The position numbers and the translations under genes were made by a program. From contig OZ024743.1 in assembly GCA_964016885.1 (NCBI GenBank), positions 330,336,001 through 330,400,000 on the forward strand: 64,000 nt of DNA. The letters are read 5' to 3'. A model generated the notes under the pieces. That model was not told the DNA's origin. It made no database searches and saw only the letters and a program-made list of their open reading frames with translations. This stretch comes from Eledone cirrhosa. Lineage: Eukaryota. Positions within the stretch are counted from its first letter, which is position 1. Each line of letters starts with the position of its first letter. Of the stretch, positions 1-11,356 are shown one piece after another.

Positions 1-454
1 ACTCACGAACACTATGTGACCGTGTGGGTCTTTATGTCTTTTTAGCTCCAAGCTGTGTGTGTCTTTATGGTTTGTTGTTTTTTTTTTTTTTCATATGTGG
101 TATATTAGTATTTGTGTAATATTAAAGGGGGTGTGGGGGGGGGGGGGGAGGGCTTTACCCGATTCTCTAAGCTATTTATCTCAACCAACTTCATTTACAG
201 ATATTTTTTCAGAAACGATCGGAAAATAATGGATAAATTAACTAGCAAACAATATCTTATTCTATTTTTCATTGTTCAAAGATATATATTCTTTATTAAG
301 GCCAAGCTGTCATATAACACACGTTCATATACCCCACCCCCCACATATATATATACACATATATTAGAAAGAGTCGATGTCTGACAGCTGAGCTAGTTCC
401 TGACTCTGTAACCAGCTGTTGAAACGGTTCCCGATTCTTTCTAATATAGTCATA

Positions 455-549
455 CTCTACTATCCCAAGTATTGAGTACACTGTTGAATAATGGTCTAAC
501 TAATTTAATACTAATTCAATCCTGATATGTATATATCTAATCTAAAATA

Positions 550-586
<37 letters not shown>

Positions 587-676
587 TAGATTAGATATAT
601 ACATATCAGGATTAAATTAGTATTAAATTAGTTAGACCATTATTCAACAGTGTACTCAATACTTGGGATAGTAGAG
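455..676. repeat. Inverted repeat, 91-bp arms (455-545 / 586-676) around a (TA)n spacer
   Basis: ctctactatcccaagtattgagtacactg...tctaa is the reverse complement of ttaga...cagtgtactcaatacttgggatagtagag, with about 1 mismatch. Confidence 0.95.
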
Positions 677-679
677 ATA

Positions 680-724
<45 letters not shown>

Positions 725-730
<6 letters not shown>

Positions 731-832
731 GTTTAATATAGAAATGGCTTCTACAGGACTAGAACTGTTTCATTCAAAAGAAACCATCAGGAAAGCTTTC
801 CTGTAGAATCCATTTCTATATTATACTTGATA
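725..832 (-). repeat. Inverted repeat (34-bp arms) enclosing a degenerate hammerhead-like core on the minus strand
   Basis: Arms are 725-758 and 799-832. The minus strand reads CTGATGG-TTTCTTTTGAAT-GAAAC-AGTTCTA-GTC (A9 position mutated). Confidence 0.65.
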
Positions 833-982
833 TTTACAGTTTACTAATATATTGAGTACCTTACTAATTGTGGTTACCCCTATATATATATATATATCAG
901 ATAGGGTGTGGTAATAACCAGGTAGACCATAACCCACCAGAGTACTCGATACTTGGGGTAGTAAAGGGGGTAAAAAGAATTG

Positions 983-1077
983 ATTCAGGACCCTGACGGC
1001 TGAGCTCCGGCCGTTCCGACAGCTAGTTAAGATCTAGCTGTCGAAACGGCTGGAGCTCAGCCGTCGGGTTCCTGAAT
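983..1077. repeat. GC-rich hairpin/palindrome (~44-bp arms, 7-nt loop) in a short repeat related to 360-550
   Basis: attcaggaccctgacggctgagctccggccgttccgacagctag / ctagctgtcgaaacggctggagctcagccgtcgggttcctgaat. The adjacent 897-968 resembles 605-676. Confidence 0.9.
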
Positions 1078-1085
1078 ATTTTCGC

Positions 1086-1149
<64 letters not shown>

Positions 1150-1491
1150 TACATTAATGTTATAATGTATTAATGTATATATATTGAAAAATTTAGCCGA
1201 TTTTGAAGCTCCGTGTTTCTCAGTCTGTCATAAATATGGAAATGTAAAACTGTATTAGTACTAAATATTATATCCATTTATTGATATATACACAATATCT
1301 TACAATATCTTACTCGGAGAGATATAAAGTAAAGATAGACTTATTCATCGATATATTTACATGGATTGGCCCTCCTCCGTGAATGATGAGATAAAAGTTC
1401 AGAATTCATTAATTAATATTTTCTACCCTAAACTGCGGTTTATATATATACATACACACACACACGCACGCACACGCACACGCACACACAC

Positions 1492-1550
<59 letters not shown>

Positions 1551-1560
1551 CACACAAACA

Positions 1561-1595
<35 letters not shown>

Positions 1596-2104
1596 ACAAA
1601 AACCAAATCCAAGGAGGATTCCATAGGCGGTAGGGTTAGTTTCAGATGAACCTGTTTAGAGTGAATGCAGAAATTATTTGCTTAACCTTTTAATCAATAC
1701 TAATATATATATATATATTCATGTATATGTCAATATCTCTGTTTATATACACACACAAGTAGATATGTATGGGACTCTGTTTATGTTTATGGGTTTAAAA
1801 ACCGGTGTTAGGGCGATACATAGAGATCGATAAAATAAGAATTAAAGTACTGAATTAAAGTTTGAAGTGATTGCCTCAGCTGCCCACATTCAAGAGGCTG
1901 AAACCAGGAAACGAATTACTAAAAATGAATATATATTGTTGGGGCCATTTTGAACACTCCGTTATTATATTAAATGCGATGGTCACCCACAATCGAGTAT
2001 AACTTGGTAGTATGTCACATGCTTTTCCTAAGGGTATTTGGTGTCCATACAGTCACGAGCTGATACAGACATACTCTCGACCCCCTTTTTCTTTATACAT
2101 CCAT

Positions 2105-2590
2105 GCTGTAACAGCGGGGAGGTGAAGGAGCTGGACCAACACAAGACGAGTAATATATTTCTCGACCTTAAAAAGTGGAAAGACAAAGTGGACCACAGTA
2201 ACGTCTAACAACCTCTTGACCTTCTCTTCCTTGATCTAGCAGAACACCCAGGATGTAACAGCTGGAAAGAAAAAGGGCTATGTCTGCACTGTGCTGGGAT
2301 CTTTTTATTTTTCTCGACCTTAAAAGGTTGAAAGACAAAGAAGACCTCCGTAGACATACACAACTTTCGACCTTCTCTTCCTTGATCCAGCGGAACACTC
2401 AAGATATAACTGCTGGAAAGAATGAGGGGTGTGCCTGAACTGGGTTGGTATTCGACCCTAAACAGTTGAAAGGCAAAGGGGATCTCAGTAGACACAGACA
2501 GCCATTCGACAGTCTTTCCTTTGACACAGTAGAAGGCCCTGGATGTAACAGCTGGAAGGAGAGAGGGCTGTGTCAGCACTAGACTGGTAC
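2105..2590. repeat. Diverged tandem repeat, ~140-150-bp unit, about 3 copies
   Basis: ctcgaccttaaaa..gaaagacaaag..ccttctcttccttgatc..gatgtaacagctggaa recurs at about 2161, 2312 and 2451. Confidence 0.8.
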
Positions 2591-2907
2591 TTTCTTTACC
2601 GATTACGGAAACGATACATAGTAAAGTGAGATGTGGATTCAGAAAGCAGAGAAATGGAATAAGTATCCAATGATCTAATGACTCTTCTAAAGTAACAGCA
2701 TGTTATATTGAATGTACCAGATGTACAAATGTTATATAGATGTACCAGACACAATTACTGTCACACTGTCTTTCTCTCTTTCTCTCTCTCGCTCTCTCGC
2801 TCACTCTCTCTCTGTCGCTCTCTCTCTCTGTTTGTCTTCGATCTATCTATCTATCTATCTATCTCTATATATATATATATATATATAATCATAACATATA
2901 TCTTACA

Positions 2908-3011
<104 letters not shown>

Positions 3012-3059
3012 ACATATATATATATATATATATATGTGTGAGTGTGTGTTTATATATGC

Positions 3060-3207
3060 ATATCACAGAAAAATAGAGAATCAGTGTTGCGACGAATGGA
3101 ATTTGTTGGACATATTACAATCGTTTCTCTGGCGACTAGTTCGAGGCATGATCAATGTGATGATCGAACCTGATTCTGAAAATTGCAAGGTCCTCAGATA
3201 CGTCTTG
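3060..3207 (+). repeat. ~145-bp segment with a diverged inverted copy at 4338-4485
   Basis: atcacagaaaaatagagaatcagtgttgcga...cctcagatacgtctt is the reverse complement, with scattered transitions, of aagatgtatctgagaacc...ctgattctcttttttctgtgatat. Confidence 0.85.
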
Positions 3208-3324
3208 ATTCTACCCATAGGAAAATCTGCTTCGTAGAATCAAGACATGGTGCAATAATTATAGTTATCTTAAGCGAAAAAATAACAAAGATCAATGTAT
3301 TCACTTTATATACACGCCCATCTA

Positions 3325-3361
<37 letters not shown>

Positions 3362-3367
<6 letters not shown>

Positions 3368-3500
3368 GGAGGTGAGTTTTATTGTAGTACAATAAAGCAA
3401 TGCAGATATCGGATAAGAAGCACTCTACAGTTTGTAGGACTGGAGTATACATAATATAATATAATATAATATAGCATCTTTTGTTCTTATATATTATATT
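3362..3500 (-). repeat. Inverted, internally deleted copy of 5575-5842
   Basis: 3362-3455 is the reverse complement of about 5749-5842 (near identical). 3476-3499 catcttttgttcttatatattata is the reverse complement of 5575-5598. Confidence 0.9.
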
Positions 3501-3522
3501 TATATATATATATATATACTTG

Positions 3523-4293
3523 ATCGCTTAAGGCTTTCTCCGTTTATGTATTGAATATATACTCTTGGGGGCCTGAGATGGATTCCAGATATAAGGTATG
3601 ACTCTTTATTATCATTTGAAATACTGATTGATCTTCCTTGTATCCCATGTCTGACTTAGCCTTAGAGAATGGCTATATGTGTATATGGGTAATCCATACA
3701 TGTATTTATTATGTTTTAATATCTGTGTGTGCATTGGTTGTGTATACATGTGGTTATTCTTTTAAATTTCCAATTGAGTTCTTATACACGAGGTTAATAC
3801 CTAACAGGTTTAAATGACCAACGTGTATATTGTTTTATTTTACGATGACCTCCCTTTACCCTTTTGGGGACAGCGTGTATTTTTTCTTTGGGAGGACTGC
3901 TGGATTCTAATCTACCAGTCTCTTCTTAGCGCTGAGGGAGACCATCACCATTCTATTAATGTCGATATCATTCTTATATCGTTATTAATTGGGCATCCAC
4001 TGATGAGTTTATAAGAGCCCGCTTGTGTATAAAACTATGGATTATATACAAGTTTCTACATAACCTGGAAATTATTTATCCCAAATTGTAGAAATCTTAT
4101 AACGAAACGGCCGTCTGGAAGGAATGAGATATTTATTTAATGTCTCATATAAAATAATACAACCAGCTATCCTCGAAATACTGATTAGTTAGCACCCAAA
4201 CACTAAATTGGGATAATACTTAAGTATATCCTAATGTTTGTTGAGTGAGATGGATTACGTCGGAGTATCGTTTAAGGCTTTCTCTGTTTATGT

Positions 4294-4305
<12 letters not shown>
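3523..4305 (+). mobile_element. Non-coding hammerhead-bearing unit in (TA)n with ~39-bp terminal direct repeats (retrozyme / Penelope pLTR-like)
   Basis: atcg(c/t)ttaaggctttctc(c/t)gtttatgtattg occurs at 3523 and 4267 (period 744). (TA)n lies on both sides, and a hammerhead sits at 3996-4119. Confidence 0.75.
3996..4119 (+). ncRNA. Type I hammerhead ribozyme with canonical core and long branched stem II
   Basis: Stem I TCCA(3996-99)/TGGA(4116-19); CTGATGA at 4000-06; stem II GTTTATAAGA/TCTTATAAC closed by a G-C pair; GAAAC at 4104-08; palindromic stem III ACGGCCGT; GTC cleavage triplet at 4113-15. Confidence 0.85.
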
Positions 4306-4347
<42 letters not shown>

Positions 4348-4558
4348 CTGAGAACCTTGCGATTTTCAGAGTCAGGTTCGATCATCACATCGATCGTGCC
4401 TCGAGCTGGTCGCCAGAGAAACGATTGTGATATATCCAACAAATTCCATTCATCGCAATACTGATTCTCTTTTTTTCTGTGATATCATACTCTGCTCTAT
4501 TAGAGCATCGAGTGCTCATACGGCCTACCGCATACGGACGCTTTAAACATCCAACACC

Positions 4559-4609
<51 letters not shown>

Positions 4610-4682
4610 AAAATGGAGCGGGAACAAAACAGAGAGGCAGTACGAACAAAGGTTTATTAGTTTCACACTCTTGAGAGTGTGT

Positions 4683-4713
<31 letters not shown>

Positions 4714-4859
4714 GTAATATATATATATGATTTATTTATGTTCATGCACGGAACAAAAGGTCTTTCGTTCCGTGTATGAATATAAAAAATAATATATATC
4801 AACTCTGACACCTGATTGAGCAGTTTTACTTTTTACTTTTTCACATTCATCGATATTTG

Positions 4860-4924
<65 letters not shown>

Positions 4925-4926
<2 letters not shown>

Positions 4927-5477
4927 CATGAGAAGAAATAATACTGCGTGGTTGCACATGGGTTACATATGATAAAAATAGTCCTTCGTCAGTGATTTTC
5001 CAACCTTCATTGGTATTTCATCGCTTTAAAAATCATATACCTCCGGTTGGTGCGAGCAATAGCTAAATAAAGCTATTGGGACAAGTAAATCACGTAAAGC
5101 GAGCAAGAGAGTAAACAACAAGGAAGGATAGCAACGCAAAGATAGGAAAAACAAACGCATGGGGATCCGTCCGCTTAAGCTGTGTGGATTTTATGAGCGA
5201 GGGAAATACAAACCGCCCGATTGAGTGAGATGTGAGCAAGAAAAGAACCCACTACAGGCCAAACGGGAGGAAGTGAGAAGGGGAGAAACAGAGAGTGAGT
5301 GAGTGGAAGTGCGAGGAAGAGGCCAGTCGAGAGAAAGTGTAATTGACAGAGCGGGCGAAAGAAGGTGAGAAAAACAGAGAGAGCGGGGAAGCAGTAAGAG
5401 AGAAACAGACAAACGCAGCTGAGGTAAATATATATAAAAAACATGAGAAGAAAGAATACTGCGTGGTTGCACATGGG

Positions 5478-5480
<3 letters not shown>
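4925..5480 (-). mobile_element. (TA)n-flanked unit with 41-bp terminal direct repeats and a truncated hammerhead half (CTGACGAAGGAC, minus, 4992-4981)
   Basis: aacatgagaagaaa(t/g)aatactgcgtggttgcacatgggtta occurs at 4925 and 5440 (period 515). Confidence 0.65.
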
Positions 5481-5524
<44 letters not shown>

Positions 5525-5837
5525 TATATATATATATATATACACACATATATATATATATATATATACATATATATAATATATAAGAACAAAAGATGGT
5601 TAAAAGAGTTCCATGTATTTTATTATGCGCATTTCAAAAACAAATATCATCATGCAATAATATTTGTGTTTTCATCAGATAAAACAGGAAGACATGATAT
5701 GAAGGTTAAAAAACACTTGTGGATAGTGCAGTTTTAAATCAACATATATATTATGTATACTCCAGTCCTACAAACTGTAGAGTGCTTCTTATCCGATATC
5801 TGCATTGCTTTATTGTACTACAATAAAACTTACCTCC

Positions 5838-5924
<87 letters not shown>

Positions 5925-5944
5925 GTATATATATATATATGCAT

Positions 5945-5976
<32 letters not shown>

Positions 5977-6119
5977 ATATATATGTCTACACGCCTCATA
6001 CCCTTTCACCACTTGTTTCATTTTAATATTTTATCCCTTCCCCATAACCCCCCCCCTTTTTAATGTCTTTCCACCACTCCCTCTCACTCCTTCGGAACTC
6101 TTTTCCTTCCCACTTTTCC

Positions 6120-6150
6120 CTGATGAAGGGCTTATGCCCGAAACGTCGTC
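6120..6150 (+). ncRNA. Minimal Penelope-type hammerhead core (stem I not evident) in a (TA)n-flanked unit 5986-6240
   Basis: CTGATGA-A-GGGC-TTAT-GCCC-GAAAC-GTC. Confidence 0.7.
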
Positions 6151-6236
6151 CCCAGCCCTCAATCTCAAGCGTGAACCTAATACTAACACCGTTTGTACTG
6201 CACTCTTCGTTGTTTTTTGGTTTTTCATTTTTAACT

Positions 6237-6325
<89 letters not shown>

Positions 6326-6494
6326 TATGAGAGAGAGATATAGAGAGAGGGATATGTCTTTAGACTATGCTTCACTGCAGGACTGGCGGGAGCGATGACG
6401 TGTGTAGGTGATGGTAAATGTCTCAGTCGGATATTGAAACCGTACCGCCCATCGACACAGGTGAAATCTTGCTACAAATCTCCCTTGCTTGTAG

Positions 6495-6535
<41 letters not shown>

Positions 6536-6550
6536 TATATATATATATAG

Positions 6551-6915
6551 GGCGCGTAAAATTCCCGAGATCCATGGATGAGTTCTCACCAGCGGTCCCT
6601 CATTATGGCTGCCATGTCCTGCGTTTCCAACAGACCAGTGTCTGTACTTATGGCATCACCATATGTTAACTTCGGTCTTCCTCTTCCGGAGGATGATGTG
6701 GTTGAGAGGAAGAGCAACGCCTGGGTGGTGTGCCACAACTTGAGATCGGGGTGGAAGTCGGACTTTCGTAAAGACCCGAAGATCCGCCTCTTCGTTGCTG
6801 TAGTGGAGTCTGTGCTGCTGTATGGGTCCGAGACTTGGACATTGACCAAGAAACTCACTCAGATGGTGGATGGGTGCTACACGAGAATGCTGAGGATGGC
6901 TCTGAACATTAATCA
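6551..6915. mobile_element. RTE-clade LINE fragment with 5' inversion
   Basis: The plus strand at ~6692-6912 encodes KIRLFVAVVESVLLYGSETWTLTK..CYTRMLRMALNI. The minus strand at ~6690-6586 encodes GRGRPKLTYGDAISTDTGL..MRDRW. Both are RTE C-terminal motifs, oriented divergently. Confidence 0.85.
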
Positions 6916-6970
<55 letters not shown>

Positions 6971-6974
<4 letters not shown>

Positions 6975-7500
6975 TAAACGGAATAGAAAATGCTGACAAA
7001 TTGTTCACAGTTGAAAAATGGTTTAATTAGGAATAAAAGAGTATTAGTGATTGTATGGGTTAGTATTCAGTTGTGGTTTTAAGTTTTTAAGTTTTTACCG
7101 GTTGCGCATTTCTAAATGCTTTTCAAAAATAATTTTGAGATAAAGTGTCCGTGTTGTTTGCTCTGATCTTAGTCTCACACGGTATTAAACTCTCTTTCTA
7201 GAACACACACACACACACACACACACTGTCACTCATACATACACACACACACACAGTCACTCATACACACACATAACACAGTCACTCATACACACACACA
7301 CAGATCAGAGCAAACAACACGGACACTTTATCTCAAAATTATTTTTGAAAAGCATTTAGAAATGCGCAACCGGTAAAAACTTAAAAACTTAAAACCACAA
7401 CTGAATACTAACCCATACAATCACTAATACTCTTTTATTCCTAATTAAACCATTTTTCAACTGTGAACAATTTGTCAGCATTTTCTATTCCGTTTACCAA
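6971..7500. repeat. Perfect 199-bp inverted repeat (6971-7169 / 7302-7500) whose spacer copies 7825-7960
   Basis: The arms match as reverse complements. The spacer tcttagtctcacacggtattaaactctctttctagaacac... recurs at 7825. Confidence 0.95.
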
Positions 7501-7535
7501 TATATAATAACTTGTGTGTTACACCTCTATTCTTT

Positions 7536-7602
<67 letters not shown>

Positions 7603-7859
7603 TTGCAAAAACACTCACACGCATATCCAGATATACACGGACATATACTCACGCATATACACAGCCACAAACACTCACACCTGCACACACGTATACATAC
7701 ATATATACATATACATTAATATATACATACACCCTCAACCCCACACACGCATACACAGAACCACTAACACTCACGTAAACATGCACACACAGATGTACAC
7801 ACATGCACCACGATTCTTTTAATTTCTTAGTCTCACACGGTATTAAACTCTCTTTCTAG

Positions 7860-8926
7860 AACACACACACGCACACACACTGTCACTCATACATACACAC
7901 ACACACACACAGTCACTCATACACACACACAGTCACGCACAGTCACTCATACACACACAAAACACAGTCACTCACACACACACACACACAGAGTCACTCA
8001 TACACACACCCACACACACATACACCCACACACACACACACACAGTCACCCATACACACACACACAGTCACTCATACACACACAGTCACTCATACACACA
8101 CATACACCCACCCACCACACACCCACACACACACAGTCACTCACACACACACACACACACACAATCACTCATACACACACAAACACAGTCACTCACACAC
8201 ACACACACACACAGTCACTCATACACACGCACACAGAGTCACACATGCACACACCCACACTCACAGTCACTCATACACACACAGTCACTCATACACACAC
8301 CCACAGTCACTCATACACACACAGAGTCACTCATACACGCACACACAGTCACTCATACACACACATACATACACACCCACCCACCACACGCACACAGTCA
8401 CTCATACACACACACACACAGTCAGTCATACACTCACACACAGTCACCATACACACACACACACATAGAGTCACTCAAACACACACACTCACAGTTACCC
8501 ATACACACACCCAGAGTCACTCATACACCCACACCCACAGTCACTCATACACATACCCACACAGTCACTCATACACACACACACACAGAGTTACCCATAC
8601 ACACACACACACAGTCACTCATACACACACACACACAGTCACTCATACACACACACACACACACAGAGTTACCCATACACACATACACACAGTCACTCAT
8701 ACACACACACACACACAGTCACTCATACTCACACACACACACAGAGTTACCCATACACACACACACACACTCACCCATACACACACACACAGTCACTCAT
8801 ACACGCACACACAGTCACTCATACACACACACACACACCGTCACTCATACACATACACACACACAGTTACTCATACACACACACACACACAGTCACTCAT
8901 ACACACACACACACAGTCACTCATAC

Positions 8927-8980
<54 letters not shown>

Positions 8981-9440
8981 GTCACTCATACTCACAAACA
9001 CAGTCACTCATACACACACATATTCACTCTCTCTCTCTTTCTCTCTCACGCAAATTTACAACATTTGCAGTTGTTCTCTCTCTCTCTCTCTCAAACTAAC
9101 ACATACGCACACTCACACACAAACACAGACACACAAACAAACTCAAAAACACAAACACACACACAAACACACACGCAAACACATACACACACACACAGAA
9201 AGACATACACAAAAACACACACTAACACACATACACATAAAAACACATGCACACACACAAACACACAAACAAAAACACAAACACACACACAAAAACACAC
9301 ACTAACACACAAACACACCCACAAACAAATACACAAAAACACAAACACACACACAAACACATACACACACGCACATACGCAGCCACAGAGACAAACTCTC
9401 CCTCACACTTTCATTCACACACACACACACACACACAGAT
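7860..9440. repeat. (CA)n-derived minisatellite (cagtcactcata(ca)n) followed by CA/AAAC low-complexity sequence
   Basis: Dozens of cagtcactcatacaca units are visible. Confidence 0.95.
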
Positions 9441-9459
9441 TAATAAGCATAAAATACTC

Positions 9460-10925
9460 AATTTTTCCCTCCCCCTCTTCCCCCTCCCATTCTCTCTCTG
9501 TCACTCTCTCTCTCTCTCTTTCTCACTTTCTCTCCTTCTCTCTCTGGCTGTTCCTGTGTCTGTCATCAATCCATCTCCGTCACATTCTTAACCTCTTTCT
9601 CCTTCTCTCTCTGTTTCTATATCTTTAACCTCCCTTCTACTCCCCCTTCTCTCTCTGTTTCTATATCTTTAACCTCCCTTCTACTCCCCCCTCTCTCTCT
9701 GTCTCGTCTCTCTGTCTAATCTCTCCACCATCTTCTCTGCCCCGCTCTTATCTCTTTCTCTCTCACTCTAATATATTGTCTCTCTTTTCCCCACTCTCTC
9801 CTCTCTCTCTCTCCTTTCCCTTAGTGTTTCCACTTTCTTTCATCCTCTCTCTCACTCTTTTCTCTGTATCTTATTCTATTCTCCCACCAGTCTCTCTCTC
9901 TCTCTCTCTCTCTCCCTCCCTCTCTCACTATCTCTTCCCCTCCCTCTCTCTTTTTTTCTCTCTCTCTCCCCCCCCCCCCCCCCTCTCTCTCTTCTTTGCA
10001 CGTTATCCTATTCTCCCACCTCTCTCCATCTCCCCATCTATCTCTCACTCTTTTCTCTGCGTGTTATCCTATCCCCCCTCTCTCTCTCCACCACACCAAA
10101 TCACCCTCATACCTCCATCATCTACCGTCTGGCTATCACCCTACAAACTGACCAATTCCCTCTCCACTTGTTCATTTACACCTGTAATCTATCTACCCGA
10201 GAAGGCACCAGGTGTAGGTGTTAGGGTGTTAGTCCGTAGATCTCTGAAACGGGCGTGTCATTGTGTCCTTGAGCAAGTCACTTTATTTCACATTGCTCCA
10301 GTGCACTCCGCTGACCCCCCCCCCCCCCCTAACATCCCCCCCCCCCCAAAAAAAAAATCCCCAACGAGTTGTAACTGTATTTGACAGGGTCGGCCTTGTC
10401 CCACTCAGTGTCACTCTGAGTTACTCTCTTATCTATGTTAATGGTAGACATGTCTGCGGAATACTCAGCCACGTGCACGTTAATGTCACGAGCAGGCTGT
10501 TCCGTTTTTCAAACAACAGGAACATGGTAGTCGGAACCAACGGAGACACACATATATATGTCTCTCTCTCTCATCCCCTCTCCCCCTCTGTCTCTCTCTC
10601 TCTCTCTCTCTCTCATTCCCTCTCTCTCTCTCTGTCTCTCTCTCATCCCCTCTCCCTCTCTGTCTCTCTATCTATCTCTCATCCCCTCTCCCTCTCTGTC
10701 TGTCTCTCTCTCTCTCTCTCTTTCCTCTCTCTCTCTCTCTCTCTCCCTCTCTCTCTCATCCCCTCTCCCTCTCTGTCTCTCTCTCTCTCATCCCCTCTCC
10801 CTCTCTGTCTCTCTCTCTCTCTCTCTCTCATCCCCCCTCCCTCTATGTCCCTCTCTCTCTTTCTCTTTCTCTCTCTATCTCTTTCTTTCTATCTCTCTCT
10901 GTTACTCTCTCTCAGTGTCTCACTT
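9460..10925. repeat. CT-rich low-complexity and minisatellite tracts (catcccctctccctctctgtctctc) flanking a SINE
   Basis: Polypyrimidine tracts at 9460-10100 and 10560-10925. Confidence 0.9.
10205..10548 (+). mobile_element. Degenerate tRNA-derived SINE
   Basis: A-box-like ggtgtaggtgttagg, central ttgtgtccttgagcaagtcactttatttcacattgctccagtgcactc and tail ctcagccacgtgcacgttaatgtcacgagcaggctgttccg resemble molluscan SINE bodies. Recognised from memory, not from a search. Confidence 0.55.
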
Positions 10926-11029
10926 TAAAAAATATCTTCACGCACAGGCATTGCACGATAAAATGAATTAATAATTATTAATAATTTATATCGTACAATG
11001 GCCATACTCGATAACGAGGGGGTAGCCAT

Positions 11030-11221
11030 CATGTATGTATGTATGTATATGCATATATGTACGTGTGTATGCATATCTATGTATGTATGCATGTATGTAT
11101 GTATATAGGTAAGTATGTATATATGTATGTATATATGTATATAGGTAAGTATGTATATATGTATGTATATGTGTATATAGGTAAGTATGTATATATGTAT
11201 GTATGTATGTATGTAAGTATG

Positions 11222-11255
<34 letters not shown>

Positions 11256-11356
11256 TGTATGTATGTATGTATGTATATAGGTAAGTATGTATATATGTAT
11301 GTATTTGTGTATATAGGTAAGTATGTATATATGTATGTATGTAAGTATGTATATGT
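11030..11356. repeat. (TATG)n/(ACAT)n microsatellite with gtaagt variants at the 3' end of the RLE retrotransposon
   Basis: Direct reading. The same repeat type resumes at 14058-14118. Confidence 0.9.

Noticed and set aside
7302-7500. Possible Penelope ORF remnant in the inverted-repeat arm
   Set aside because: There are multiple stops in all frames and no diagnostic RT or GIY-YIG motif.
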